Origin: Tubiluchus corallicola
Lineage: Eukaryota > Animalia > Priapulida
Direction: 5' to 3'
Assembly (NCBI GenBank): GCA_030141605.1
Contig: JAQGDQ010000719.1
Location: 44,158-108,157, forward strand
Length of the DNA stretch: 64,000 bases
The notes beneath the pieces were generated by a model that was not told the DNA's origin, did no database searches, and saw nothing but the letters and a program-made list of their open reading frames with translations. Both the position numbers and the translations under genes were made by a program. Below are positions 24,401 through 34,511 of this stretch, piece by piece (position 1 is the stretch's first letter; each line of letters begins with the position of its first letter).

Positions 24401-27400
24401 GTCATAATAAAATTAAACACTATTAAGCACTAAAATTAAGCATCCCCGGAGTAAAATTAAACACATTAATTACTGAAAATAAGAAATTGCATAATTGAAA
24501 AAAACAAGAAGCTAGGAAAGGTATTATAAAAAACTTAGCACATTGGCGTACAACTGCAGTAAAAATAAGCACAGTAACAAAATTTAAAATCCAAGATAAA
24601 TCCAATCCTAAAAGTTTTTTTTTATTTTAGCTGAACAATTTCACCCTACAATTCCACAATTAATGTACGATAGTTCTCAAATTATTAAAATAAAGTTTAC
24701 CGTTCAAATCTAGAAGTTAAACTATTTAGCAATTAAATTTAGCAACACGTGAAAAAAGAATAATAGTAATTAAACCATGTTAGATTAAAACACATGGCTC
24801 ACACACATATTTTAAATACAATAAGATAATTTAAAAGGCGTAAGCTGGTAGTTAAAAAATAAATTAAGATAAAAATTCCTTTACTGAGGCTGTTTTTAAT
24901 TGCCATTGCGGCCTTGGCAATAATTACCATACCTAAAGATAACTAAGGTACTGATAAGTAAAGTATTAAGACTTAAAAGTACAAAGTACTAAAAATTAAA
25001 CTCACTTAGGCAAACCATTCACCGACAGTAATATTAAACTTTAAATTTGTATTTCATGCTTTTGAAATTAATAATGGAACTTATTGTTTAGGTGGGAGGT
25101 ATTTAGTAAGTTTATTTTATTAGATTATTAAGTTATTGAACCTAGCTTTAGGCACTGCTTTAGACTATTAAATTACCTTCGTGGCTTGTAGTAACAAAAA
25201 CCAAGTTTGTAAACTTGTACAACTTTCATTAATGCACAACAAGCAGTAATTTAATTGTTTAAAACGTTTGCTTTCCTAAATCAACTTTGATATCAAAACA
25301 CTGTCATGAAAACAATTATGATATTTTAAATTCACGTTTAGGCGAAAGTTTTAGTTCATGTACAACAAAAACACAATGAAGCAACACTGTTTAGATTCAG
25401 GTTTGCCTTTACAAGATTTTAGCTAATATTATCAGTCGCTAAGTTCCTAACGAGGCAACTTATAATTATTTTAATGATTTTGCAGGATGAAAGGAACCAG
25501 ATCATGAAAACCAACGTGTGGCTCCGCCAGGTGAGAGAAACTAAAGCGTTTAATGTTCAGTGCAATGTTAAACTATAAATATTGATTTAAAGATGAGAGT
25601 ATTTTTCTTTTCCACTTAGCGAAATTTCTCGATATTCTATTCTATTCGCTGAAAAGGAGTTTTTATATTTCCTAACAAAAAGTTCTCTAGCAGCGCACGA
25701 TGCGTGTAAAAATTTTCTAACTCCTTCATACATGGATATTTTCTAACTCCGGATAAAGTCAATGAGCATTCGAGATAAGGGACAACAGACTACAAAAGAA
25801 AGGAAGAAAAATAAAACAAGTCCAGTCTTAGGCTAGTGTTAATGGTCTTCGTGAAGCAGATGAGGTTGTACTTAACAAGGAAAAAATATTCGGGAAAGGA
25901 GTGTCAAAATAAAAGGGGCAGAAAACTAGATTAATAAAGCTAGTGTTCTGTCTTCGACATCATAAGACATCATTTTTCAGACATTGGGGCTGTCATTATG
26001 CGTTAAAAGCACTTTATTTTATAAAAAAGCACATGTATTACTATATTATTGTCTTTAACTATTAAGCTGAAATTAATATTTGCAGGAATGGTTAGATTAT
26101 AAATTGGCCTGGTCTCCCAAGGAATACGGAGGAGTTGATGTCTTATACGTTCCGTCCCAGCTCATTTGGGTTCCAGATCTAGTACTGTACAACAAGTATG
26201 TACTAACTAAACTGTTTATTTAGTATTGTTCAGAAGTAATGCTAATCTGAAAATGTTTTGTTATTATTCAGAATCAGTGCTAATCTGTTAATATTGTACT
26301 GCTTCTATATTGCACTATAACTCGTGATTGTAAATAACAATTGTTCTAAACGAAGTAAATAAAACAAAATAATAAGCAAAACAATAAATGATCAATATAC
26401 AAACGCAGGTTTGTTTCCATTCTTGTTAGATGAAGAAAACTAATAGAATAATAAAACAGAGCGTGACATAGAACTTCTGGGCCTACTCTAATAATTAGCC
26501 TTACTAGATAAAATGGGATATTAATTCTTAGATAGTTTTACAGTCATTACTCCCTGGAAGTCCAAAAATCTTCTACGCAAGAAAGAAAATTGGCGCATGT
26601 CCAAGGAATCGAACTCGAACTTCCCGAATTCTAGTCTGACGTGTTAACTGGCAATAAAACATAGATTTGTTTGCAAGTGTCCAAATGTAAGGTGTAAAGA
26701 CATCTGTCTATGTCTAAACGTAATTCAGAAACAATGATCACTGCTACTTCGCTTTAGATTCAACAAATCCGTGAAAAACCCAGACATTACTCTGATTGTT
26801 TGGCTTCCTCAAAAGAGGCGGTCAGACGATTTCTAGCTGTGTTTATCTTTCACTCTTGTTTCATCAGCGTGTTCCCTGTTCCCTAAAAGGCTTAACTTAA
26901 TTGCCCAATCCATCTATCACACGTAAATTGACTGTCTAGCTTAGTAGAACTGCGCTGAATTTCGTCAGGCCATGGACGTACCACGAGAAAAGCTTTTGTT
27001 AAAGTGTAATGCACCGACTATATTTTAAGTTTGATGCGCAGTTCATTTAATCGGCTCATATCATGCCGGCGTTACAATATGAACCAAACAAAAACTTCAC
27101 AATTAAGCTTAAAATTTATGATCGTTCTTATGCTATGAAGAGCAATTCCTATTATCAAGCCATCTCAGCTTCAAACAAAAAGGTTGACGTCAACGTCAAA
27201 CCAAACTGTAATCAAATTAAACCAGTCAAGGTCAAATCTTTGAAATGAAGTCATAGTCAACATTGTCTGTTGACTATTTGTTACTTCCGAAATGAGTTTG
27301 CTTCAATAATTATGACGATTATACCAAAGCGTTGGATTGCCCTATGTAATGTGTAATTTTTATGTACATTGTATTGTATAATTTTGTATTGTGTTGTTCA

Positions 27401-30400
27401 GAAATAATAAATTGTTTATTTATTAAACCAATATTAAGCCATTATTTGCAGCATTTCGCATCCAAAACATCCAAAATTTAAACAGTGGTATTCAACAAGG
27501 AGCACCCTAACACCACTGCTTTTTCTTATCTATATTAGAGTGTACCACAATCTCTTATCCATTATTAACATTATGACCTGCCTTTTTATATTGATTGCTG
27601 TACACATGTTTTGCTGATGATTAACCTGTTCCTTGATTAGCCTCTAATTTATTTGCTTTGCAGTTTACTTCTAACGGTAACAGAGAGCACAACAGACTTC
27701 AAAAAAGTAACTAAATGAAAGCAAATAAGTTGACAGTTAACTAGCGCTGTGCGGTAATATATACCTTGTCAGTTGGTGGATGTAATAGCTCATTTCAACT
27801 ATAGCCAGATATCAGTTTATGTATTCGGTTCCAAGTTTTCAAACAGACAGAATGACCTCATTTTTTATCAACTGCTTCGATGGTAGTTCTTCCTAGTGAT
27901 TCGATTGCCACTAAGCTCTTGGTTTCTGCTGTCATTAAACTTGCTAACCTTGCGCTTCTTAAAAGTCTAGTAAAATCGTTCCCAATCCTATAACAAACTT
28001 AATTCTTCCATTCAACAATTATTTTAAGTAGCTGCAATTAACAAAACTGCTTATTGTTATCACTAATAGGTTGTACTTTGTTCTAGTATTGTTATAATCA
28101 CAAGGCAGTCTAATTATGGTACTAGTTCACAGTGCTCATCTGTAGATGTGCTATTTCTTATACAATTTGGCACTCTGCAAGTGGGAATACAGCTTTCAAA
28201 AGCAAGTATACTTATAATTGATGTGCGGAACCCTGGTTATTTATTATCACGGTTCTACTTGATAAGAGGAGATCCTGAACTGGTAGTCTGGCAGACTGGC
28301 AGAGAACACCTTAGACGTTCTGATGTCAGCATGACAGCCTTCTAGCGAGATAGACAGCCATAATCAGTACGTTGATTGAAATCACCGAGAACCCAGTTGT
28401 CACTCATCCATTCACTCACCAGTTTCAGAATTTCTTAATTTTGGACATCACGCATAGGCCCAGGCCATTCGCAATTTTCTCTGACTCGAGATACACTGAA
28501 ATGAAATAAATTAAAACGAACTGAAATGAATTGATTATCATGCACTGTCAAATACCAATACATTGACAGGAAGCAGTAAGATTGCTGTCCAGTCAGTGAA
28601 GAGAAAGTCTGTGGGGAAAACTGCAGCACTAATACGAACTTGTAAAATGCAAATTCAGCTCTAGGGATTCTATTGATCTATCTCCGAGAATTTTTGCACT
28701 TCGTTGCTGAATTTAAATCTCGTTGTGTCGAGGATTTTGAACCAAACCTTCGTAAAATTTATGTTAAACGACGAAAACCCACAGGGCTGCTTAAATAAAC
28801 AGCCTCGCTGACTTCCATAGAACTGTTAAAAGCTTTTAGTCAGGTTGGATCAGGTAGGACTGACTGATTTCATTTAGTCATTTGTGCCAACTTAGAGTAG
28901 TGGACACTGGACTTCATTTAGGTCGTTAAGCTGTAATAGATCAAAATGAGTACAAACAAATTTGCACAGTGTAGGTTGACAGCCTGTTGAACAATGACTC
29001 TCAAGGCCACGGTTATACTCTACACATTGCGATCCCTACTTTTATAGCATTTTTAATTGCAAAATGGTTGATTGGTTAAATACGTTAGAAAGGCCAATAC
29101 CGCTTTATTTAAAATGATAATAACACGATTGTAACACTAAAACTACCATTTGCGTTTTAAACTCACAACTTCCAATATGAGTATCCACATTGGCCTACTT
29201 GGGAAGACACTAACTCTAACAACGCTGCCATGTTAACGGAAATAGCATAATAAAACTCACCACCAAATGAAATTAGCAATTAATTAAATTATGTTAAAAG
29301 TTGAGCGTTTTTGGAAACAAATCCATGTTTACAAAATAACCAGTGACAATACTTGCAACAACTGAATTGGCTATCTTAACTATAATTTCACAAGATAATT
29401 TTAATTTCACAATTTTAGCAAATGTCACTATTTATTTCTTTTGCGAACATGGATTTTGTATAACTAATATTTCATTTGATATGTTGTATAGAGTATTGCA
29501 CTTTACACATTCTTTCTAAAGTTTGGTCTTCTTCCTCTGAATGAAATTCGTTCTTGGTCCATCACCAAGGTCCAATCCCTTGGTGCCAAGTGCCTCTCGT
29601 TTGAGAATCACTGTATGTAGAATAATCGGAGAATATTGATCTTAATTATGTTGACCTGTCTCGGAAATTAAAAACAAATTCAGCAAAGAAATTGTAATGA
29701 TTAATTTTAAAGAGCATTTCTTAAGAACCTTGACTAGTACAGAAAGATATCATTTTTTATTGATTATTGAATAGCTAGTGTTTTGATTGATAATTTGCTT
29801 ACTTACAGTTTACATCTTATTCTCTCCCCAGTACACTAGAAAGCAGCCGCTATCAGTTAACACTTTACTGATACAGTTAGTGACGTGAATGAGCTCTCTT
29901 TTGTAGAAGATTGGGAGGTTGTATACATACAGGACTAGCCCTACTTTCTTTGTAGCTGACAGAAGCAAGAATAACTCAGTTCTAAACCTTATCGACCCTT
30001 AAATTACAGTCATCAAACAAGAGGAGCAGAACTTCTAGGAAGCCATGTGAATAGTTAGCTGCTGATTGGTGTTACTTGAAGCCAAGCGGACATGGTCGGC
30101 TGAATTGAAGAAAAGGCGATTTATGTTGAAAATGGGATTTATCTCTCTCGCTAGAATTCAACCAGCATGTGCAAACTTCATTAGGCGTTTGAAGTATCAG
30201 TTTCAAAAATTATTCAAAAAAAAACTTTGACAAATCTATATAACAAGTTTTTTCCAAATAGTCCATAAAGTCCATAACCAAAAATCGTTGCAATTACAAA
30301 GCTTAAATATAGCAGGGAATGTGTAATAACTGAACGATCATTATATGCGCTTAGCCACGAAATTAAGCGTCTGCAAGTTTGGTTATTTTATGGAAGAGTG

Positions 30401-32715
30401 ACCGCGGGAAGCTTTTTCATGAGGGTTAGGTCTGCCATACTACCTTGTCGTTTTTAATTTGTTGTAAACCGTTGCAGATACAAAAATGGCTAGCCACTTT
30501 AAACTTTCAGTGTATTATTTTAGAAGAATATTTTTGGTATTAGTTGGATTTCAGTCTCGCTACAACCATCAAGACTATTAGTAAGCGCTTGTTAACTTCT
30601 GTTTTACCAAATTATATGCTGCTGCTGTTTCTGTTGCTGCCCCTGCTACTAGTTGCTATTAGTACTATTTGCCATCATTTGTAATGCAATACATCCAAAC
30701 AAAGATGACACTAAAATTCGCACCGAAGAAAATTTTGCGAAAGACTAAGAAAATGTTTCAACGCTACAGTTATTATATATTGCTGCCCAGTAATATTATA
30801 CACTACGTAGAATTCTAAAGATATTTGAGATAGAGTGTTAACCACCATATTTACTATCCAATATTTACTCTTCCAGTGCTGATGGCAATTACCAAGTGAC
30901 ACTGATGACCAAGGCAACGATTCATCCGAGTGGTTTAGTGGTGTGGGAACCACCAGCCATCTACAAGAGTTTCTGTCCAATAGACGTCGAGTTCTTTCCA
31001 TTTGACGAGCAAGAGTGCCACATGAAGTTCGGGTCTTGGACGTACAATGGCTGGCTGGTGGACTTGTCGCACGTAACGGATAAAAACAACTCAAAGTCTT
31101 GTCTGCAACGCACTGTTAAGACCACGGAAAAAAGCGACGTCGCAATAGATCTGGATGAATACTACACCAGCGTGGAGTGGGATGTACTAGGTGTCCCTGC
31201 CATCAAGTCCAGAATCGTCTACCCTTGTTGTCCAGAACCTTTTATTGACATAACGTTCTATATCAAATTGAGACGCAAGACGCTTTTCTATTCTGTGAAT
31301 TTAATAATACCTTGTGTATCGTTGTCGTTTTTAACAGTTTGCACATTTTATCTACCAAGTGACAGCGGTGAGAAGATTTCTTTGAGTATTTCAATTCTAG
31401 TCAGTTTGACTGTGTTCTTCTTATTACTTTCAGACACTATTCCACCAACATCATTGGTTGTGCCTCTGATTGGGAAATATTTGTTGTTCACAATGATATT
31501 AGTGACACTCTCTGTGTGTGTTACCGTGTATGTGCTGAACATTCACTACAGGTCTCCATCTACCCACACTATGCCTCCGTGGGTGCGGAGGGTCTTTATT
31601 CAGGTCATGCCAAGGCTACTGCTTATGCGCAGACCACAGTTTGAGAAAGACGACACCTACCTGACTGTTAAACAATGTAGTAAACGGTTTAGTGGTTTAT
31701 TTACGGATGACCACAATATCCGGATCCGACGAGATTCAGGCATTCATCCGTCTCCATATGCGCCTGAAATCCGAAGGGCTATGGATGGGGTGATGTTCAT
31801 TGCTGAGCATCTTCAAAGAGAGGATGAAATCAGATCGGTGAGTAAAAGTGTTTTGTAATTTTCACTGTGGAGAAGTTACTTGTTCTAATAAAGGCAGGGT
31901 ATTTGGCAGGGTATCTCTTAATTAGCCGAATTACTGAAGGTCGTCTGGCTGCCTTACTAGGCCAATAACACCACTAGTCTGTGATTGTTTTCCGTAGTTG
32001 GTTATAAAATGCAAACTAAACAAAAATTTCTTGCAATTTCACTGGTGTTTAATGTCTCACCAAGCTGTCCCTTGTGTTATCCAGTATGCACGGACTACGC
32101 ATGCGTATTAACCTCCATTAGACTTTCTAAACGCTCAATCCGCTCAAATAACTGATTAAATCAGTCATCGGGAGGAAAGGTGCTAGAACAAACACACTTC
32201 GTTAGCTTTTTTACTCAGTAAGTAATTTGGCAATACTGTTTTTGATAAGTACTGGGATGGTTGCCTGTTTAGAAAATCATGAGTTAGTTAATTCATTTTG
32301 TTTTTTCTGGGGATTAACTTAAGAAAAACTACGCGTTAAACACACAACTGTTGAATAAACGTAAAATTAGAACGCAAAACTAATGTTGACTTTACTGACG
32401 TTAACGACTAGCTTTTCTCTCCACGCAAAGCGTTTGACGTTTTGATCGTCGATCAGAAACAATACAACTTCATCCACTTCTACTAACAATGACCCTTAGG
32501 CCTACTCAGCATGAACAATCACAAATTATCCCAATGTTCGGTAATGGATACATGTAGCTTAATCATTGTTGCAGGTACGAGAAGACTGGAAGTACGTAGC
32601 CATGACACTGGATCGACTATTTCTTTACTGTTTCACCATTGCCTGTGTTGTTGGATGTTTTGGAATTATCCTGGTAGCACCCAGTATCTTAGACGACAGG
32701 GAATCTCTTGCTTAA
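18437..32715 (+). CDS. Nicotinic acetylcholine receptor alpha subunit (cation-selective, Dalpha1-4/ACR-8-like), 483 aa; exons 18437-18491, 22356-22495, 25486-25530, 26086-26195, 30877-31837, 32575-32715
   Basis: Signal peptide [22 protein letters not shown]; [18 protein letters not shown]; Cys-loop [15 protein letters not shown]; loop B GSWTY; vicinal cysteines YPCC (alpha subunit); TM1-3 with GEK before TM2; TM4 [14 protein letters not shown]. Exon lengths 55+140+45+110+961+141 = 1452 nt, in frame, all GT-AG. Confidence 0.95.
19027..19165 (-). mobile_element. 3' end of a CR1/L2-type LINE (or LINE-tailed SINE) with a short tandem-repeat tail
   Basis: Minus strand ...gccgtctcctcagccacac...gctgaataaataaatcttgaaatcttgaaaatcttgaaaacttgaa: AATAAA followed by an (ATCTTGAA)n tail. 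Confidence 0.5.
21140..21385. repeat. Degenerate (CAT)n low-complexity tract
   Basis: Direct observation. Confidence 0.8.
22356..22495 (+). CDS. nAChR exon 2
   Basis: ttacag|GTATCAGG...GACGTT|gtaagt; [46 protein letters not shown]. Confidence 0.95.
22648..22885. repeat. Pentanucleotide array (GCCTT/CTCGC/GTCTT/GCTTT)n
   Basis: Direct observation, nAChR intron 2. Confidence 0.9.
24054..24224. repeat. AT-rich ~170-bp palindrome (MITE-like foldback)
   Basis: aaaaatgttagaaggtaaactatatagttatgctatttaagaatagaatagaatataatagaaaa pairs with ttttctattatattctattctattcttaaatatcataactatttagttaaccttgtaacattttt. Confidence 0.75.
25486..25530 (+). CDS. nAChR exon 3 (loop D)
   Basis: ttgcag|GATGAA...CGCCAG|gtgaga; [15 protein letters not shown]. 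Confidence 0.95.
26086..26195 (+). CDS. nAChR exon 4 (loop A)
   Basis: ttgcag|GAATGG...AACAA|gtatgt; [37 protein letters not shown]. Confidence 0.95.
26590..26655 (-). mobile_element. tRNA-derived SINE head remnant
   Basis: Minus strand gttaacacgtcagactagaattcgggaagttcgagttcgattccttggacatgcgc has a B-box (GAGTTCGATTCC) but no intact cloverleaf. Confidence 0.35.
27481..27745 (+). pseudogene. Highly decayed LINE reverse transcriptase fragment
   Basis: Collinear frameshifted motifs [28 protein letters not shown]. Confidence 0.65.
30877..31837 (+). CDS. nAChR exon 5 (Cys loop, loops B/F/C, TM1-TM3, intracellular loop)
   Basis: ttccag|TGCTGATGGC...AGATCG|gtgagt; coincides with ORF 30896-31858. 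Confidence 0.96.
32575..32715 (+). CDS. nAChR exon 6 (TM4, stop)
   Basis: gcag|GTACGAGAAGACTGG...GCTTAA; [46 protein letters not shown]. Confidence 0.93.
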   Translation, partial: VREDWKYVAMTLDRLFLYCFTIACVVGCFGIILVAPSILDDRESLA

Positions 32716-32744
32716 TCATCATTTCATTTCTTCCGGGGAATTCC

Positions 32745-32778
<34 letters not shown>

Positions 32779-32779
32779 C

Positions 32780-32829
<50 letters not shown>

Positions 32830-32870
32830 CCTCTCTCTCTCTCTCTGTCTCTCTCTCGCTGTCTCTCTTG
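32745..32870. repeat. (CT)n microsatellite at the start of the nAChR 3' UTR
   Basis: Direct observation. Confidence 0.95.
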
Positions 32871-34305
32871 TGACTGTGTACTCCACACACCTTTTTAATC
32901 TTTTTGGTTATGAGCACTTACTGGCTCTTTTTATCCTTCGATCTGTGTCTCCATTTCCAATTTCTGTATACATGTATGTATTTCTACTACTTATTAACTT
33001 CTTTATTAAAATAAACTATCGACAAAATCGTAGTTAGTTACGCAAAACATTTATTAGTCATCATATGAAAACATTATGTACAACATTTAAATTTTACGCA
33101 ACAAAAAATATGCGTCAGACACAAAGACAAACCTGTAAATTTATGAGGCTTTCTTCCTTGAACTACAAAACAACAGAGCACAAAAACCTTAAAATTTTTG
33201 AATACTGCAACCTCGTTATTGCAATACTTTTCCACAATTCTACAACACACTCAATGTAACGAATTCATTTACTACGTACGCGTACACTTACTACCCTTTT
33301 CTTATACTACAGTTATTTTCTCGTTTTTAATTCATTTGGGTAAACACTGGCTTTCCGTAAATTTGTAAGCTTTGTATGCTATGTGTAAAAACTTTTTTGT
33401 ATTAAGTAAAAACGCGAAAGAAAAGATATGTAAATTTATCTTGCAACATGATATTGTGCATCATTTTCACTTGACGTTTGGAACCCTATAAGGTTGATCA
33501 GCAGAAAAGTCGATTACTTAAATTAATAATATATGTACTGTACGTTAATTAATCAATCTTTGTTCATTATTCTTGTTTAATTAGCTTTTATTAACTTAAG
33601 CATTCGGTCTGTCTTTGTCACGTATCAGAATTTCTTTCTGCTGATAAAGATTACACGGGTTCGAAGTGTCAAATGAAGTTCATGCCACTAACCATCGTAT
33701 TGCAAATTATATTGTATATTGGAATGTTCTGTTTGTGTGGCGTTTTTGCGTAAAACAAACTTTTCCCATCACAAGCCAATTTCGTTACTGCTGCCATCAT
33801 AATTCTGTATTTCTTTCAAAAGTATGACATTATTCACTACAGAGACTAAGTATAATACACAAATACTTGAGGACGAGGCCATTTTATTACAATAATTTTA
33901 CAACTCAACATGAAATGTTAATGACGATGACGATGTTTGAACGCAGATGATATGCATAAATGCATACAATAATAGGCCATTTTGTGAAACATACATTGTT
34001 CGCGTGTTTACTCAGCAAATATAAAGCTCATTTCGCAATTTAACTTTCTGTAATAATTATTAAGAGCTCTTTAGTTATAAACTTTATAATAATAATTATC
34101 TCATAACAATAAATGGTAAGAAACTCCATTATTATAGGAGTTTTTACAAATTTGCTAAATCTTGGACTGTTGACTGAAAACTCCATTTTTACGAGGTAAT
34201 GCGCATGAGCAGAATAAAAAATGGCTGACTTTTATAGAACCTGAAATGAGCTTTTATTTCAAAAAGTTTTCTTTCCCTGATTTTCTTCACGATGCAATAC
34301 TTTCA

Positions 34306-34511
34306 TTAGGCTTTATGTTCAGTGATGTACCCTAAATTTACATTGTGGTGGAAAACCTCAAATGGTGTCTGACGTCGTTGATAATATAAGACGGCGGCAA
34401 CGAGAGCAATAATGACTACAATGACAAAGAAGGACACGCCCACTGTGAAGCCAGTTTTAGAGACGCACATGCTCGTACTTGAGGCATCTGCTGCTAGATC
34501 TTGCTGAAATC
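34306..34511 (-). CDS. ZP protein last exon (TM helix and cytoplasmic tail)
   Basis: ttttag|GATTTCAG...GCCTAA; SMCVSKTGFTVGVSFFVIVVIIALVAAVLYYQRR... Confidence 0.9.

Noticed and set aside
24260-25200. AT-rich strand-biased segment resembling mitochondrial DNA (NUMT)
   Set aside because: No recognisable mitochondrial protein, rRNA or tRNA motif; contains a degenerate ~190-bp duplication and is more likely a repeat remnant
26590-26655. Possible tRNA gene
   Set aside because: B-box present but the acceptor and D stems do not pair; treated as a SINE remnant (similar remnants near 1290, 13020 and 46100)
28141-28634. Possible solo LTR in nAChR intron 4
   Set aside because: TG start and internal AATAAA, but no CA end or matching TSD
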